Notes under the pieces: model-generated
Seen by the model: the letters and a program-made list of their open reading frames with translations, nothing else
Databases searched by the model: none
Told to the model about the DNA's origin: nothing
Translations under genes and position numbers: made by a program
NCBI GenBank assembly: GCA_040954595.2
Contig: CM082598.2
Span: forward strand, 6,029,097-6,093,096
DNA from: Balanoglossus misakiensis
Lineage: Eukaryota; Animalia; Hemichordata
Length of the DNA: 64,000 nt
Direction: 5' to 3'
In this document: positions 27,201 through 42,200 of the stretch, piece after piece
How positions within the stretch are numbered: the stretch's first letter is position 1
How the letters are laid out: the number at the start of each line of letters is the position of its first letter

Positions 27201-30200
27201 TGGCAAGCTTTATGATGCATCAGGGTAGATAGTGATGCAAGCTCTGCACTTTGACATGGGTATAAAATGCCTACAGGGGGATTTAAAGTTGTCTGTAAAT
27301 CCTCAGGTTAATACGTGGCGGAAAGCACTGTACTTTGACATTGCATATGCAATGGTGACATTGAATGTGATTCTTTGCATTAGGGCAAATGGCGAAGCAA
27401 GCTCAATGATGCATCAGAGTAGAAGGTGGTGGAAACACTTCACTTTGACATGGGTATTAAATGCATATGGGGATTCCAAGTTGATGATAAATCCCTGGGT
27501 TAATACATGTCCAAAAGCACTGTACTTTGACATTGCTAATGCAACGATGACATTGAATCTGATTCTTTGCATCGGGGTAAATGGCGAAGCAAGGTTAATG
27601 ACGCATCTGGGTAGATAGTGATGCAATCACTTCACTTTGACATGGGTATTAAATGCATATGGGGATTTCAAGTTGATGATAAATCCCTGGGTTAATTCGT
27701 GTCCAAAAGCACTGTACTTTGACATTGCTAATGCAACGATGACATTGAATCTGATTCTTTGCATCAAGGTAAATGGCGAAGCAAGGTTGATGATGCATCT
27801 GGGTAGATAGTGATGCAATCACTTCACTTTGACATGGGTATTAAATGCATATGGGGATTTCAAGTTGATGATAGATCCCTGGGTTAATACGTGTCCAAAA
27901 GCACTGTACTTTGACATTGCTAATGCAACGATGGCATTGAATCTGATTCTTTGCATCAAGGTAAATGGCGAAGTAAGGTTGATGATGCATCAGGGTAGAT
28001 AGTGATGCAAGCTCTGCACTTTGACATGGGTATAAAATGCCTACAGGGGGATTTAAAGTTGTCTGTAAATCCCAAGGTTAATACGTGGCGGAAAGCACTG
28101 TACTTTGACATTGCTAATGCAATGGTGACATAGAATGTGATTCTTTGCATCAGGGTAAATGGCGTGGCAAGCTTTATGATGCATCAGGGTAGATAGTGAT
28201 GCACACACTTCACTTTGACATGGGTATTAAATGCATATGGGGATTTCAAGTTGATGATAAATCCCTGGGTTAATACATGTCCAAAAGCACTGTACTTTGA
28301 CATTGCTAATGCAACGATGACATTGAATCTGATTCTTTGCATCGGGGTAAATGGCGAAGCAAGGTTAATGACGCATCTGGGTAGATAGTGATGCAATCAC
28401 TTCACTTTGACATGGGTATTAAATGCATATGGGGATTTCAAGTTGATGATAAATCCCTGGGTTAATTCGTGTCCAAAAGCACTGTACTTTGACATTGCTA
28501 ATGCAACGATGACATTGAATCTGATTCTTTGCATCAAGGTAAATGGCGAAGCAAGGTTGATGATGCATCTGGGTAGATAGTGATGCAATCACTTCACTTT
28601 GACATGGGTATTAAATGCATATGGGGATTTCAAGTTGATGATAGATCCCTGGGTTAATACGTGTCCAAAAGCACTGTACTTTGACATTGCTAATGCAACG
28701 ATGGCATTGAATCTGATTCTTTGCATCAAGGTAAATGGCGAAGTAAGGTTGATGATGCATCAGGGTAGATAGTGATGCAAGCTCTGCACTTTGACATGGG
28801 TATAAAATGCCTACAGGGGGATTTAAAGTTGTCTGTAAATCCCAAGGTTAATACGTGGCGGAAAGCACTGTACTTTGACATTGCTAATGCAATGGTGACA
28901 TAGAATGTGATTCTTTGCATCAGGGTAAATGGCGTGGCAAGCTTTATGATGCATCAGGGTAGATAGTGATGCACACACTTCACTTTGACATGGGTATTAA
29001 ATGCATATGGGGATTTCAAGTTGATGATAGATCCCTGGGTTAATACGTGTCCAAAAGCACTGTACTTTGACATTGCTAATGCAACGATGGGATTGAATCT
29101 GATTCTTTGCATCAGGGTAAATGGCGAAGCAAGCTTTATGATGCATCAGGGTAGATAGTGATGCAATCACTTCACTTTGACATGGGTATTAAATGCATAT
29201 GGGGATTTCAAGTTGATGATAGATCCCTGGGTTAATACGTGTCCAAAAGCACTGTACTTTGACATTGCTAATGCAACGATGGCATTGAATCTGACTCTTT
29301 GCATCAGGGTAAATGGCGAAGCAAGCTTTATGATGCATCAGGGTAGATATGCAAACACTTCACTTTGACATGGGTATTAAATGCATATGGGGATTTCAAG
29401 TTGATGATAAATCCCTGGGTTAATACGTGTCCAAAAGCACTGTACTTTGACATTGCTAATGCAACGATGACATAGAATCTGATTCTTTGCATCAGGGTAA
29501 ATGGCGTGGCAAGCTTTATGATGCATCAGGGTAGATAGTGATGCACACACTTCACTTTGACATGGGTATTAAATGCATATGGGGATTTCAAGTTGATGAT
29601 AGATCCCTGGGTTAATACGTGTCCAAAAGCACTGTACTTTGACATTGCTAAAGCAACGATGGCATTGAATCTGACTCTTTGCATCAGGGTAAATGGCGAA
29701 GCAAGCTTTATGATGCATCAGGGTAGATATGCAAACACTTCACTTTGACATGGGTATTAAATGCATATGGGGATTTCAAGTTGATGATAAATCCCTGGGT
29801 TAATACGTGTCCAAAAGCACTGTACTTTGACATTGCTAATGCAACGATGACATTGAATCTGATTCTTTGCATCAGGGTAAATGGCGTGGCAAGCTTTATG
29901 ATGCATCAGGGTAGATAGTGATGCAAGCTCTGCACTTTGACATGGGTATAAAATGCCTACAGGGGGATTTAAAGTTGTCTGTAAATCCTCAGGTTAATAC
30001 GTGGCGGAAAGCACTGTACTTTGACATTGCATATGCAATGGTGACATTGAATGTGATTCTTTGCATTAGGGCAAATGGCGAAGCAAGCTCAATGATGCAT
30101 CAGAGTAGAAGGTGGTGGAAACACTTCACTTTGACATGGGTATTAAATGCATATGGGGATTCCAAGTTGATGATAAATCCCTGGGTTAATACATGTCCAA

Positions 30201-33200
30201 AAGCACTGTACTTTGACATTGCTAATGCAACGATGACATTGAATCTGATTCTTTGCATCGGGGTAAATGGCGAAGCAAGGTTAATGACGCATCTGGGTAG
30301 ATAGTGATGCAATCACTTCACTTTGACATGGGTATTAAATGCATATGGGGATTTCAAGTTGATGATAAATCCCTGGGTTAATTCGTGTCCAAAAGCACTG
30401 TACTTTGACATTGCTAATGCAACGATGACATTGAATCTGATTCTTTGCATCAAGGTAAATGGCGAAGCAAGGTTGATGATGCATCTGGGTAGATAGTGAT
30501 GCAATCACTTCACTTTGACATGGGTATTAAATGCATATGGGGATTTCAAGTTGATGATAGATCCCTGGGTTAATACGTGTCCAAAAGCACTGTACTTTGA
30601 CATTGCTAATGCAACGATGGCATTGAATCTGATTCTTTGCATCAAGGTAAATGGCGAAGTAAGGTTGATGATGCATCAGGGTAGATAGTGATGCAAGCTC
30701 TGCACTTTGACATGGGTATAAAATGCCTACAGGGGGATTTAAAGTGGTCTGTAAATCCCAAGGTTAATACGTGGCGGAAAGCACTGTACTTTGACATTGC
30801 TAATGCAATGGTGACATAGAATGTGATTCTTTGCATCAGGGTAAATGGCGTGGCAAGCTTTATGATGCATCAGGGTAGATAGTGATGCACACACTTCACT
30901 TTGACATGGGTATTAAATGCATATGGGGATTTCAAGTTGATGATAGATCCCTGGGTTAATACGTGTCCAAAAGCACTGTACTTTGACATTGCTAATGCAA
31001 CGATGGGATTGAATCTGATTCTTTGCATCAGGGTAAATGGCGAAGCAAGCTTTATGATGCATCAGGGTAGATAGTGATGCAATCACTTCACTTTGACATG
31101 GGTATTAAATGCATATGGGGATTTCAAGTTGATGATAGATCCCTGGGTTAATACGTGTCCAAAAGCACTGTACTTTGACATTGCTAATGCAACGATGACA
31201 TTGAATCTGATTCTTTGCATCAAGGTAAATGGCGAAGCAAGGTTGATGATGCATCTGGGTAGATAGTGATGCAATCACTTCACTTTGACATGGGTATTAA
31301 ATGCATATGGGGATTTCAAGTTGATGATAGATCCCTGGGTTAATACGTGTCCAAAAGCACTGTACTTTGACATTGCTAATGCAACGATGACATTGAATCT
31401 GATTCTTTGCATCAGGGTAAATGGCGAAGCAAGGTTGATGATGCATCAGGGTAGATAGTGATGCAAGCTCTGCACTTTGACATGGGTATAAAATGCCTAC
31501 AGGGGGATTTAAAGTTGTCTGTAAATCCTCAGGTTAATACGTGGCGAAAGCACTGTACTTTGACATTGCATATGCAATGGTGACATTGAATGTGATTCTT
31601 TGCATTAGGGCAAATGGCGAAGCAAGCTCAATGATGCATCAGAGTAGATGGTGATGGAAACACTTCACTTTGACATGGGTATTAAATGCATATGGGGATT
31701 CCAAGTTGATGATAAATCCCTGGGTTAAGGTAGTTGGAAAGGCTAGGGCGTCAGTTAAAATTTCATTTAAAAACACTGAATTTATATCTAGAAATGTATT
31801 AGAGAAAAATTAAACTCATAAAAAATTCGGGGCAATAAACGTGTAACAAGATATGGCTGGTTTTATGATACCTAATTTCATTCATCTGGCAAGGAAGCTA
31901 GGGAGCCTTATTTGAGCGCCCTCTAGGGGAAGACTTCTCCTAGGCTATGCGCACAAGGACGGGTTCCCCTAGCCAAGGGCATTTAAATGTAACTTGCAAA
32001 CACTGATTCTTGCAATTTTCAACGATAGATAACCTTGCTTGTTTATTAAAGGCTGCCAAATTATGGACATTTTTGCATTTCTAGGGAACCCGAAAAGCCA
32101 GCGGAAAAGCGTTTGACCCAGATAAATGCGATCCTTCTCCGTGAACTGCCGCTAAACTTAGCGTATTTCGCTACTTTTCTGCCCTTCGCCATAATGTAAT
32201 GGTTTTTATTCGTAATTGAATAGGTATGCCAGATATTTTTTTTATCATGAAACTTTCAGGAAAGGCTCGGGACATCCCAAAGAACAATTTTACGGGACAG
32301 TTTTTTCATAAGTTTTCTCGTTGTGTTTTGGCAGCACGTTAAAGTTGTATACAAAATATCAACAAAAACTGTGTTTTCCTGAGTGATAACTTTGAAAAAA
32401 ATAAGTTTTTGCTGAAAGTGTCCCATACATTGCTGGAGGGGTTGCTTCATATTAAAATGAATACAAATTATTCAATAATTTGTGAAAACATGTCAAGATT
32501 CAATCAATATTTTGTAAAATTATGAATATTTATATTTAGGCGTATCAAATTTCATAATTTTAGCAGATATTTTTACAGTCATATTTTTCCCTCACTTTTT
32601 AGTTTGTGAAGAACACATGCTGCAAATTTCAAGTCATTATCTTTATTCTAACTTGTGAAAATAAATTCACAAACATTGAGAGAATTTGCTTCAAAAATAG
32701 CCTTTCCAACTACCTTAATACATGTCCAAAAGCACTGTACTTTGACATTGCTAATGCAATGATGACATTGAATCTGATTCTTTGCATCAGGGTAAATGGC
32801 GAAGCAAGGTTAATGACGCATCTGGGTAGATAGTGATGCAATCACTTCACTTTGACATTGGTATTAAATGCATATGGGGATTTCAAGTTGATGATAAATC
32901 CCTGGGTTAATTCGTGTCCAAAAGCACTGTACCTAGACATTGCTAATGCAACAATGACATTGAATCTGATTCTTTGCATCAGGGTAAATGGCGAAGCAAG
33001 GTTGATGATGCATCTGGGTAGATAGTGATGCAAACACTTCACTTTGACATGGGTATTAAATGCATATGGGGATTTCAAGTTGTTGAAAATCTGTGGGTTA
33101 ATACATGTCCAAAAGCACTGTACTTTGACATTGCTAATGCAATGGTGACATTGAATGTGATTCTTTGCATAAGGGCAAATGGCGAAGCAAGCTCAATGAT

Positions 33201-36200
33201 GCATCAGAGTAGATGGTGATGCAAACACTTCACTTTGACAGGGGTATTAAATGCATATGGGGATTTCAAGTTGATGATAAATCCCTTGGTTAATACATGT
33301 CCAATAGCACTGTACTTTGACATTGCTAATGCAACGATGACATTGAATCTGATTCTTTGCATCAGGGTAAATGGCGAAGCAAGCTTTATGATGCATCAGG
33401 GTAGATAGTGATGCACACACTTCACTTTGACATGGGTATTAAATGCATATGGGGATTTCAAGTTGATGATAAATCCCTGGGTTAATACGTGTCCAAAAGC
33501 ACTGTACTTTGACATTGCTAATGCAATGATGACATTGAATCTGATTCTTTGCATCAGGGTTAATGGCGAAGCAAGGTTGATGATGCATCAGGGTAGATAG
33601 TGATGCAAACACTTCACTTTGACATGGGTATTAAATGCATATGGGGATTTCAAGTTGATGATAAATCCCTGGGTTAATACGTGTCCAAAAGCACTGTATT
33701 TTGACATTGCTAATGCAACGATGACATTGAATCTGATTCTTTGCATCAGGGTAAATGGCGAAGCAAGCTTTATGATGCATCAGGGTAGATATGCAAACAC
33801 TTCACTTTGACATGGGTATTAAATGCATATGGGGATTTCAAGTTGATGATAGTTCCCTGGGTTAATACGTGTCCAAAAGCACTGTACTTTGACATTGCTA
33901 ATGCAATGATGACATTGAATCTGATTCTTTGCATCAGGGTAAATGGCGAAACAAGCTTTATGATGCATCAGGGTAGATAGTGATGCAAACACTTCACTTT
34001 GACATGGGTTTTAAATGAATATGGGGATTTCAAGTTGATGATAAATCTGTGGGTTAATACGTGTTCAAAAGCACTGTACTTTGACATTGCTAATGCAACG
34101 ATGACATTGAATCTGATTCTTTGCATCAGGGTAAATGGCGTGGCAAGCTTTATGATGCATCAGGGTAGATAGTGATGCACACACTTCACTTTGACATGGG
34201 TATTAAATGCATATGGGGATTTCAGGTTGATGATAGATCCCTGGGTTAATACGTGTCCAAAAGCACTGTACTTTGACATTGCTAATGCAACGATGACATT
34301 GAATCTGATTCTTTGCATCAGGGTAAATGGCGAAGCAAGCTTTATGATGCATCAGGGTAGATATGCAAACACTTCACTTTGACATGGGTATTAAATGCAT
34401 ATGGGGATTTCAAGTTGATGATAAATCCCTGGGTTAATACGTGTCCAAAAGCACTGTACCTAGACATTGCTAATGCAACAATGACATTGAATCTGATTCT
34501 TTGCATCAGGGTAAATGGCGAAGCAAGGTTGATGATGCATCTGGGTAGATAGTGATGCAAACACTTCACTTTGACATGGGTATTAAATGCATATGGGTAT
34601 TTCAAGTTGATGATAAATCCCTGGGTTAATACGTGTCCAAAAGCACTGTACTTTGACATTGCTAATGCAATGATGACATTGAATCTGATTCTTTGCATCA
34701 GGGTAAATGGCGAAGCAAGGTTGATGATGCATCAGGGTAGATAGTGATGCAAACACATCACTTTGACATGGGTATTAAATGCATATGGGGTTTCAAGTTT
34801 ATGATAAATCCCTGGGTTAATACGTGTCCAAAAGCACTGTACCTAGACATTGCTAATGCAACAATGACATTGAATCTGATTCTTTGCATCAGGGTTAATG
34901 GCGAAGCAAGGTTGATGATGCATCTGGGTAGATAGTGATGCAAACGCTTCACTTTGACATGGGTATTAAATGCATATGGGGATTTCAAGTTGTTGAAAAA
35001 TCTGTGGGTTAATACGGGTCCAATAGCACTGTACTTTGACATTGCTAATGCAACGATGACATAGAATCTGATTCTTTGCATCAGGGTAAATGGCGTGGCA
35101 AGCTTTATGATGCATCAGGGTAGATAGTGATGCACACACTTCACTTTGACATGGGTATTAAATGCATATGGGGATTTCAAGTTGATGATAGATCCCTGGG
35201 TTAATACGTGTCCAAAAGCACTGTACTTTGACATTGCTAATGCAACAATGACATTGAATCTGATTCTTTGCATCAGGGTAAATGGCGAGGCAAGGTTGAT
35301 GATGCATCTGGGTAGATAGTGATGCAAACGCTTCACTTTGACATGGGTATTAAATGCATATGGGGATTTCAAGTTGTTGAAAAATCTGTGGGTTAATACG
35401 GGTCCAATAGCACTGTACTTTGACATTGCTAATGCAACGATGACATAGAATCTGATTCTTTGCATCAGGGTAAATGGCGTGGCAAGCTTTATGATGCATC
35501 AGGGTAGATAGTGATGCACACACTTCACTTTGACATGGGTATTAAATGCATATGGGGATTTCAAGTTGATGATAGATCCCTGGGTTAATACGTGTCCAAA
35601 AGCACTGTACTTTGACATTGCTAATGCAACAATGACATTGAATCTGATTCTTTGCATCAGGGTAAATGGCGAGGCAAGGTTGATGATGCATCTGGGTAGA
35701 TAGTGATGCAAACGCTTCACTTTGACATGGGTATTAAATGCATATGGGGATTTCAAGTTGTTGAAAAATCTGTGGGTTAATACGGGTCCAATAGCACTGT
35801 ACTTTGACATTGCTAATGCAACGATGACATAGAATCTGATTCTTTGCATCAGGGTAAATGGCGTGGCAAGCTTTATGATGCATCAGGGTAGATAGTGATG
35901 CACACACTTCACTTTGACATGGGTATTAAATGCATATGGGGATTTCAAGTTGATGATAGATCCCTGGGTTAATACGTGTCCAAAAGCACTGTACTTTGAC
36001 ATTGCTAATGCAACAATGACATTGAATCTGATTCTTTGCATCAGGGTAAATGGCGAGGCAAGGTTGATGATGCATCTGGGTAGATAGTGATGCAAACGCT
36101 TCACTTTGACATGGGTATTAAATGCATATGGGGATTTCAAGTTGTTGAAAAATCTGTGGGTTAATACGGGTCCAATAGCACTGTACTTTGACATTGCTAA

Positions 36201-39200
36201 TGCAACGATGACATAGAATCTGATTCTTTGCATCAGGGTAAATGGCGTGGCAAGCTTTATGATGCATCAGGGTAGATAGTGATGCACACACTTCACTTTG
36301 ACATGGGTATTAAATGCATATGGGGATTTCAAGTTGATGATAGATCCCTGGGTTAATACGTGTCCAAATGCACTGTACTTTGACATTGCTAATGCAACAA
36401 TGACATTGAATCTGATTCTTTGCATCAGGGTAAATGGCGAGGCAAGGTTGATGATGCATCAGGGTAGATAGTAATGCAAGCTCTGCACTTTGACATGGGT
36501 ATAAAATGCCTATAGGGGGATTTAAAGTTGTCTGTAAATCCCCAGGTTAATACGTGGCGGAAAGCACTGTACTTTGACATTGCTAATGCAATGGTGACAT
36601 TGAATGTGATTCTTTGCATTAGGGCAAATGGCGAAGCAAGCTCAATGATGCATCAGAGTAGATGGTGATGCAAACACTTCACTTTTACATGGGTATTAAA
36701 TGCATATGGGGATTTCAAGTTGTTGAAAAATCCGTAGGTTAATACGTGTCCAAAAGCACTGTACTTTGACATTGCTAATGCAACGATGACATTGAATCTG
36801 ATTCTTTGCATCAGGGTAAATGGCGAAGCAAGCTTTATGATGCATCAGAGTAGATGGTGATGCAAGCTCTGCACTTTGACATAGGTTTTCAATGCATATG
36901 CATGGGTATTTAAAGTTGACTGTAAATCCCTGGGTTAATACATGGCCAAAAGCACTGAAGTAGCTAATGCATCAGTGATTTTAATTCTGATCTTTTGCAT
37001 CAGGGTAAAAGGCAAAGCAAGCTTGATGATGCATCTGGGTAGATGGTGTTTCAAGCCCTTCACTTTGACATTGGAATATAATGCATATGTGGATTTAAAG
37101 TTGATAGTAAATCCCCAGTTTAATACGTGTCCAAAAGCACTGTACTTTGACATTGCTAATGCACTGATGACATTGAATCTGATTCTTTGCATCAGGGTTA
37201 ATGGCGAAGCAAGGTTGATGATGCATCAGGGTAGATAGTGATGCAAACACTTCACTTTGACATGGGTATTAAATGCATATGGGGATTTCAAGTTGATGAT
37301 AAATCCCTGGGTTAATACGTGTCCAAAAGCACTGTATTTTGACATTGCTAATGCAACGATGACATTGAATCTGATTCTTTGCATCAGGGTAAATGGCGAA
37401 GCAAGCTTTATGATGCATCAGGGTAGATATGCATACACTTCACTTTGACATGGGTATTAAATGCATATGGGGATTTCAAGTTGATGATAAATCCCTGGGT
37501 TAATACGTGTCCAAAAGCACTGTACCTAGACATTGCTAATGCAACGATGACATTGAATCTGATTCTTTGCATCAGGGTAAATGGCGTGGCAAGCTTTATG
37601 ATGCATCAGGGTAGATAGTGATGCACACACTTCACTTTGACATGGGTATTAAATGCATATGGGGATTTCAAGTTGATGATAGTTCCCTGGGTTAATACGT
37701 GTCCAAAAGCTCTGTACTTTGACATTGCTAATGCAACGATGACATTGAATCTGATTATTTGCATCAGGGTAAATGGCGAAGCAAGGTTGATGATGCATCA
37801 GGGTAGATAGTGATGCAAGCTCTGCACTTTGACATGGGTATAATATGCCTACAGGGGGATTTAAAGTTGTCTGTAAATCCCCAGGTTAATACGTGGCGGA
37901 AAGCACTGAACTTTGACATTGCTAATGCAATGGTGACATTGAATGTGATTCTTTGCATTAGGGCAAATGGCGAAGCGAGCTCAATGATGCATCAGAGTAG
38001 ATGGTGATGCAAACACTTCACTTTGACATGGGTATTAAATGCATATGGGGATTACAAGTTGATGATAAATCCCTGGGTTAATACGTGTCCAAAAGCACTG
38101 TACTTTGACATTGCTAATGCAACGATGACATTGAATCTGATTCTTTGCATCAGGGTAAATGGCGAAACAAGCTTTATGATGCATCAGGGTAGATAGTGAT
38201 GCAAACACTTCACTTTGACATGGGTTTTAAATGAATATGGGGATTTCAAGTTGATGATAAATCTGTGGGTTAATACGTGTCCAAAAGCACTGTACTTTGA
38301 CATTGCTAATGCAACGATGACATTGAATCTGATTCTTTGCATCAGGGTAAATGGCGTGGCAAGCTTTATGATGCATCAGGGTAGATAATGATGCACACAC
38401 ATCACTTTGACATGGGTATTAAATGCATATGGGGATTTCAAGTTGATGATAGATCCCTGGGTTAATACGTGTCCAAAAGCACTGTACTTTGACATTGCTA
38501 ATGCAACGATGACATTGAATCTGATTCTTTGCATCAGGGTAAATGGCGAAGCAAGGTTGATGATGCATCAGGGTAGATAGTGATGTAAGCTCTGCACTTT
38601 GACATGGGTATAAAATGCCTACAGGGGGATTTAAAGTTGTCTGCAAATCCCCAAGTTAATACGTGGCGGAAAGCACTGTACTTTGACATTGCTAATGCAA
38701 TGGTGACATTGAATGTGATTATTTGCATTAGGGCAAATGGCGAAGCAAGCTCAATGATGCATCAGAGTAGATGGTGATGCAAACACTTCACTTTGACATG
38801 GGTATTAAATGCATATGGGGATTTCAAGTTGATGATAAATCCCTGGGTTAATACATGTCCAAAAGCACTGTACTTTGACATTGCTAATGCAACGATGACA
38901 TTGAATCTGATTCTTTGCATCGGGGTAAATGGCGAAGCAAGCTTTATGATGCATCAGGGTAGATAGTGATGCAATCACTTCACTTTGACATGGGTATTAA
39001 ATGCATATGGGTATTTCAATTTGATGATAAATCCCTGGGTTAATACGTGTCCAAAAGCACTGTACTTTGACATTGCTAATGCAATGATGACATTGAATCT
39101 GATTCTTTGCATCAGGGTAAATGGCGAAGCAAGGTTGACGATGCATCAGGGTAGATAGTGATGCAAACACTTCACTTTGACATGGGTATTAAATGCATAT

Positions 39201-42200
39201 GGGGATTTCAAGTTTATGATAAATCCCTGGGTTAATACGTGTCCAAAAGCACTGTATTTTGACATTGCTAATGCAACGATGACATTGAATCTGATTCTTT
39301 GCATCAGGGTAAATGGCGAAGCAAGGTTGATGATGCATCAGGGTAGATAGTGATGCAAACACTTCACTTTGACATGGGTATTAAATGCATATGGGGATTT
39401 CAAGTTGTTGAAAAATATGTGGGTTAATACGTGTCCAATAGCACTGTACTTTGACATTGCTAATGCAACGATGACATAGAATCTGATTCTTTGCATCAGG
39501 GTAAATGGCGTGGCAAGCTTTATGATGCATCAGGGTAGATAGTGATGCACACACTTCACTTTGACATGGGTATTAAATGCATATGGGGATTTCAAGTTGA
39601 TGATAGATCCCTGGGTTAATACGTGTCCAAAAGCACTGTACTTTGACATTGCTAATGCAACAATGACATTGAATCTGATTCTTTGCATCAGGGTAAATGG
39701 CGAGGCAAGGTTGATGATGCATCAGGGTAGATAGTAATGCAAGCTCTGCACTTTGACATGGGTATAAAATGCCTATAGGGGGATTTAAAGTTGTCTGTAA
39801 ATCCCTGGGTTAATACTTGTCCAAAAGCACTGTACTTTGACATTGCTAATGCAACGATGACATTAAATCTGATTCTTTGCATCAGGGTAAATGGCGAAGC
39901 AAGCTTTATGATGCATCAGGGTAGATATGCAAACACTTCACTTTGACATGGGTATTAAATGCATATGGGGATTTCAAGTTGATGATAAATCCCTGGGTTA
40001 ATACGTGTCCAAAAGCACTGTACCTAGACATTGCTAATGCAACAATGACATTGAATCTGATTCTTTGCATCAGGGTAAATGGCGAAGCAAGATTGATGAT
40101 GCATCTGGGTAGATAGTGATGCAAACACTTCACTTTGACATGGGTATTAAATGCATATGGGGATTTCAAGTTGTTGAAAAATCTGTAGGTTAATACGTGT
40201 CCAATAGCACTGTACTTTGACATTGCTAATGCAACGATGACATAGAATCTGATTCTTTGCATCAGGGTAAATGGCGTGGCAAGCTTTATGATGCATCAGG
40301 GAAGATAGTGATGCACACACTTCACTTTGACATGGGTATTAAATGCATATGGGGATTTCAAGTTGATGATAGATCCCTGGGTTAATACGTGTCCAAAAGC
40401 ACTGTACTTTGACATTGCTAATGCAACAATGACATTGAATCTGATTCTTTGCATCAGGGTAAATGGCGAAGCAAGGTTGATGATGCATCAGGGTAGATAG
40501 TGATGCAAACACTTCACTTTGACATGGGTATTAAATGCATATGGGGATTTCAAGTTGATGATAGATCCCTGGGTTAATACGTGTCCAAAAGCACTGTACT
40601 TTGACATTGCTAATGCAACAATGACATTGAATCTGATTATTTGCATCAGGGTAAATGGCGAAGCAAGGTTGATGATGCATCAGGGTAGATAGTGATGCAA
40701 GCTCTGCACTTTGACATGGGTATAAAATGCCTATAGGGGGATTTAAAGTTGTCTGTAAATCCCCAGGTTAATACGTGGCGGAAAGCACTGTACTTTGACA
40801 TTGCTAATGCAATGGTGACATTGAATGTGATTCTTTGCATTAGGGCAAATGGCGAAGCAAGCTCAATGATGCATCAGAGTAGATGGTGATGCAAACACTT
40901 CACTTTGACATGGGTATTAAATGCATATGGGGATTTCAAGTTGTTGAAAAATCCGTAGGTTAATACGTGTCCAAAAGCACTGTACTTTGACATTGCTAAT
41001 GCAACGATGACATTGAATCTGATTCTTTGCATCAGGGTAAATGGCGAAGCAAGCTTTATGATGCATCAGAGTAGATGGTGATGCAAGCTCTGCACTTTGA
41101 CGTAGGTTTTCAATGCATATGCATGGGTATTTAAAGTTGACTGTAAATCCCTGGGTTAATACATGGCCAAAAGCACTGAAGTAGCTAATGCATCAGTGAT
41201 TTTAATTCTGATCTTTTGCATCAGGGTAAAAGGCGAAGCAAGCTTGATGATGCATCTGGGTAGATGGTGTTTCAAGCCCTTCACTTTGACATTAGAATAT
41301 AATGCATATGTGGATTTAAAGTTGATAGTAAATCCCCAGTTTAATACGTGTCCAAAAGCACTGTACTTTGACATTGCTAATGCAACGATGACATTGAATC
41401 TGATTCTTTGCATCAGGGTAAATGGCGTGGCAAGCTTTATGATGCATCAGGGTAGATAGTGATGCACACACTTCACTTTGACATGGGTATTAAATGCATA
41501 TGGGGATTTCAAGTTGTTGAAAAATCTGTGGGTTAATACGTGTCCAATAGCACTGTACTTTGACATTGCTAATGCAACGATGACATAGAATCTGATTCTT
41601 TGCATCAGGGTAAATGGCGTGGCAAGCTTTATGATGCATCAGGGAAGATAGTGATGCACACACTTCACTTTGACATGGGTATTAAATGCATATGGGGATT
41701 TCAAGTTGATGATAGATCCCTGGGTTAATACGTGTCCAAAAGCACTGTACTTTGACATTGCTAATGCAACAATGACATTGAATCTGATTCTTTGCATCAG
41801 GGTAAATGGCGAAGCAAGGTTGATGATGCATCAGGGTAGATAGTGATGCAAACACTTCACTTTGACATGGGTATTAAATGCATATGGGGATTTCAAGTTG
41901 ATGATAGATCCCTGGGTTAATACGTGTCCAAAAGCACTGTACTTTGACATTGCTAATGCAACAATGACATTGAATCTGATTATTTGCATCAGGGTAAATG
42001 GCGAAGCAAGGTTGATGATGCATCAGGGTAGATAGTGATGCAAGCTCTGCACTTTGACATGGGTATAAAATGCCTATAGGGGGATTTAAAGTTGTCTGTA
42101 AATCCCCAGGTTAATACGTGGCGGAAAGCACTGTACTTTGACATTGCTAATGCAATGGTGACATTGAATGTGATTCTTTGCATTAGGGCAAATGGCGAAG

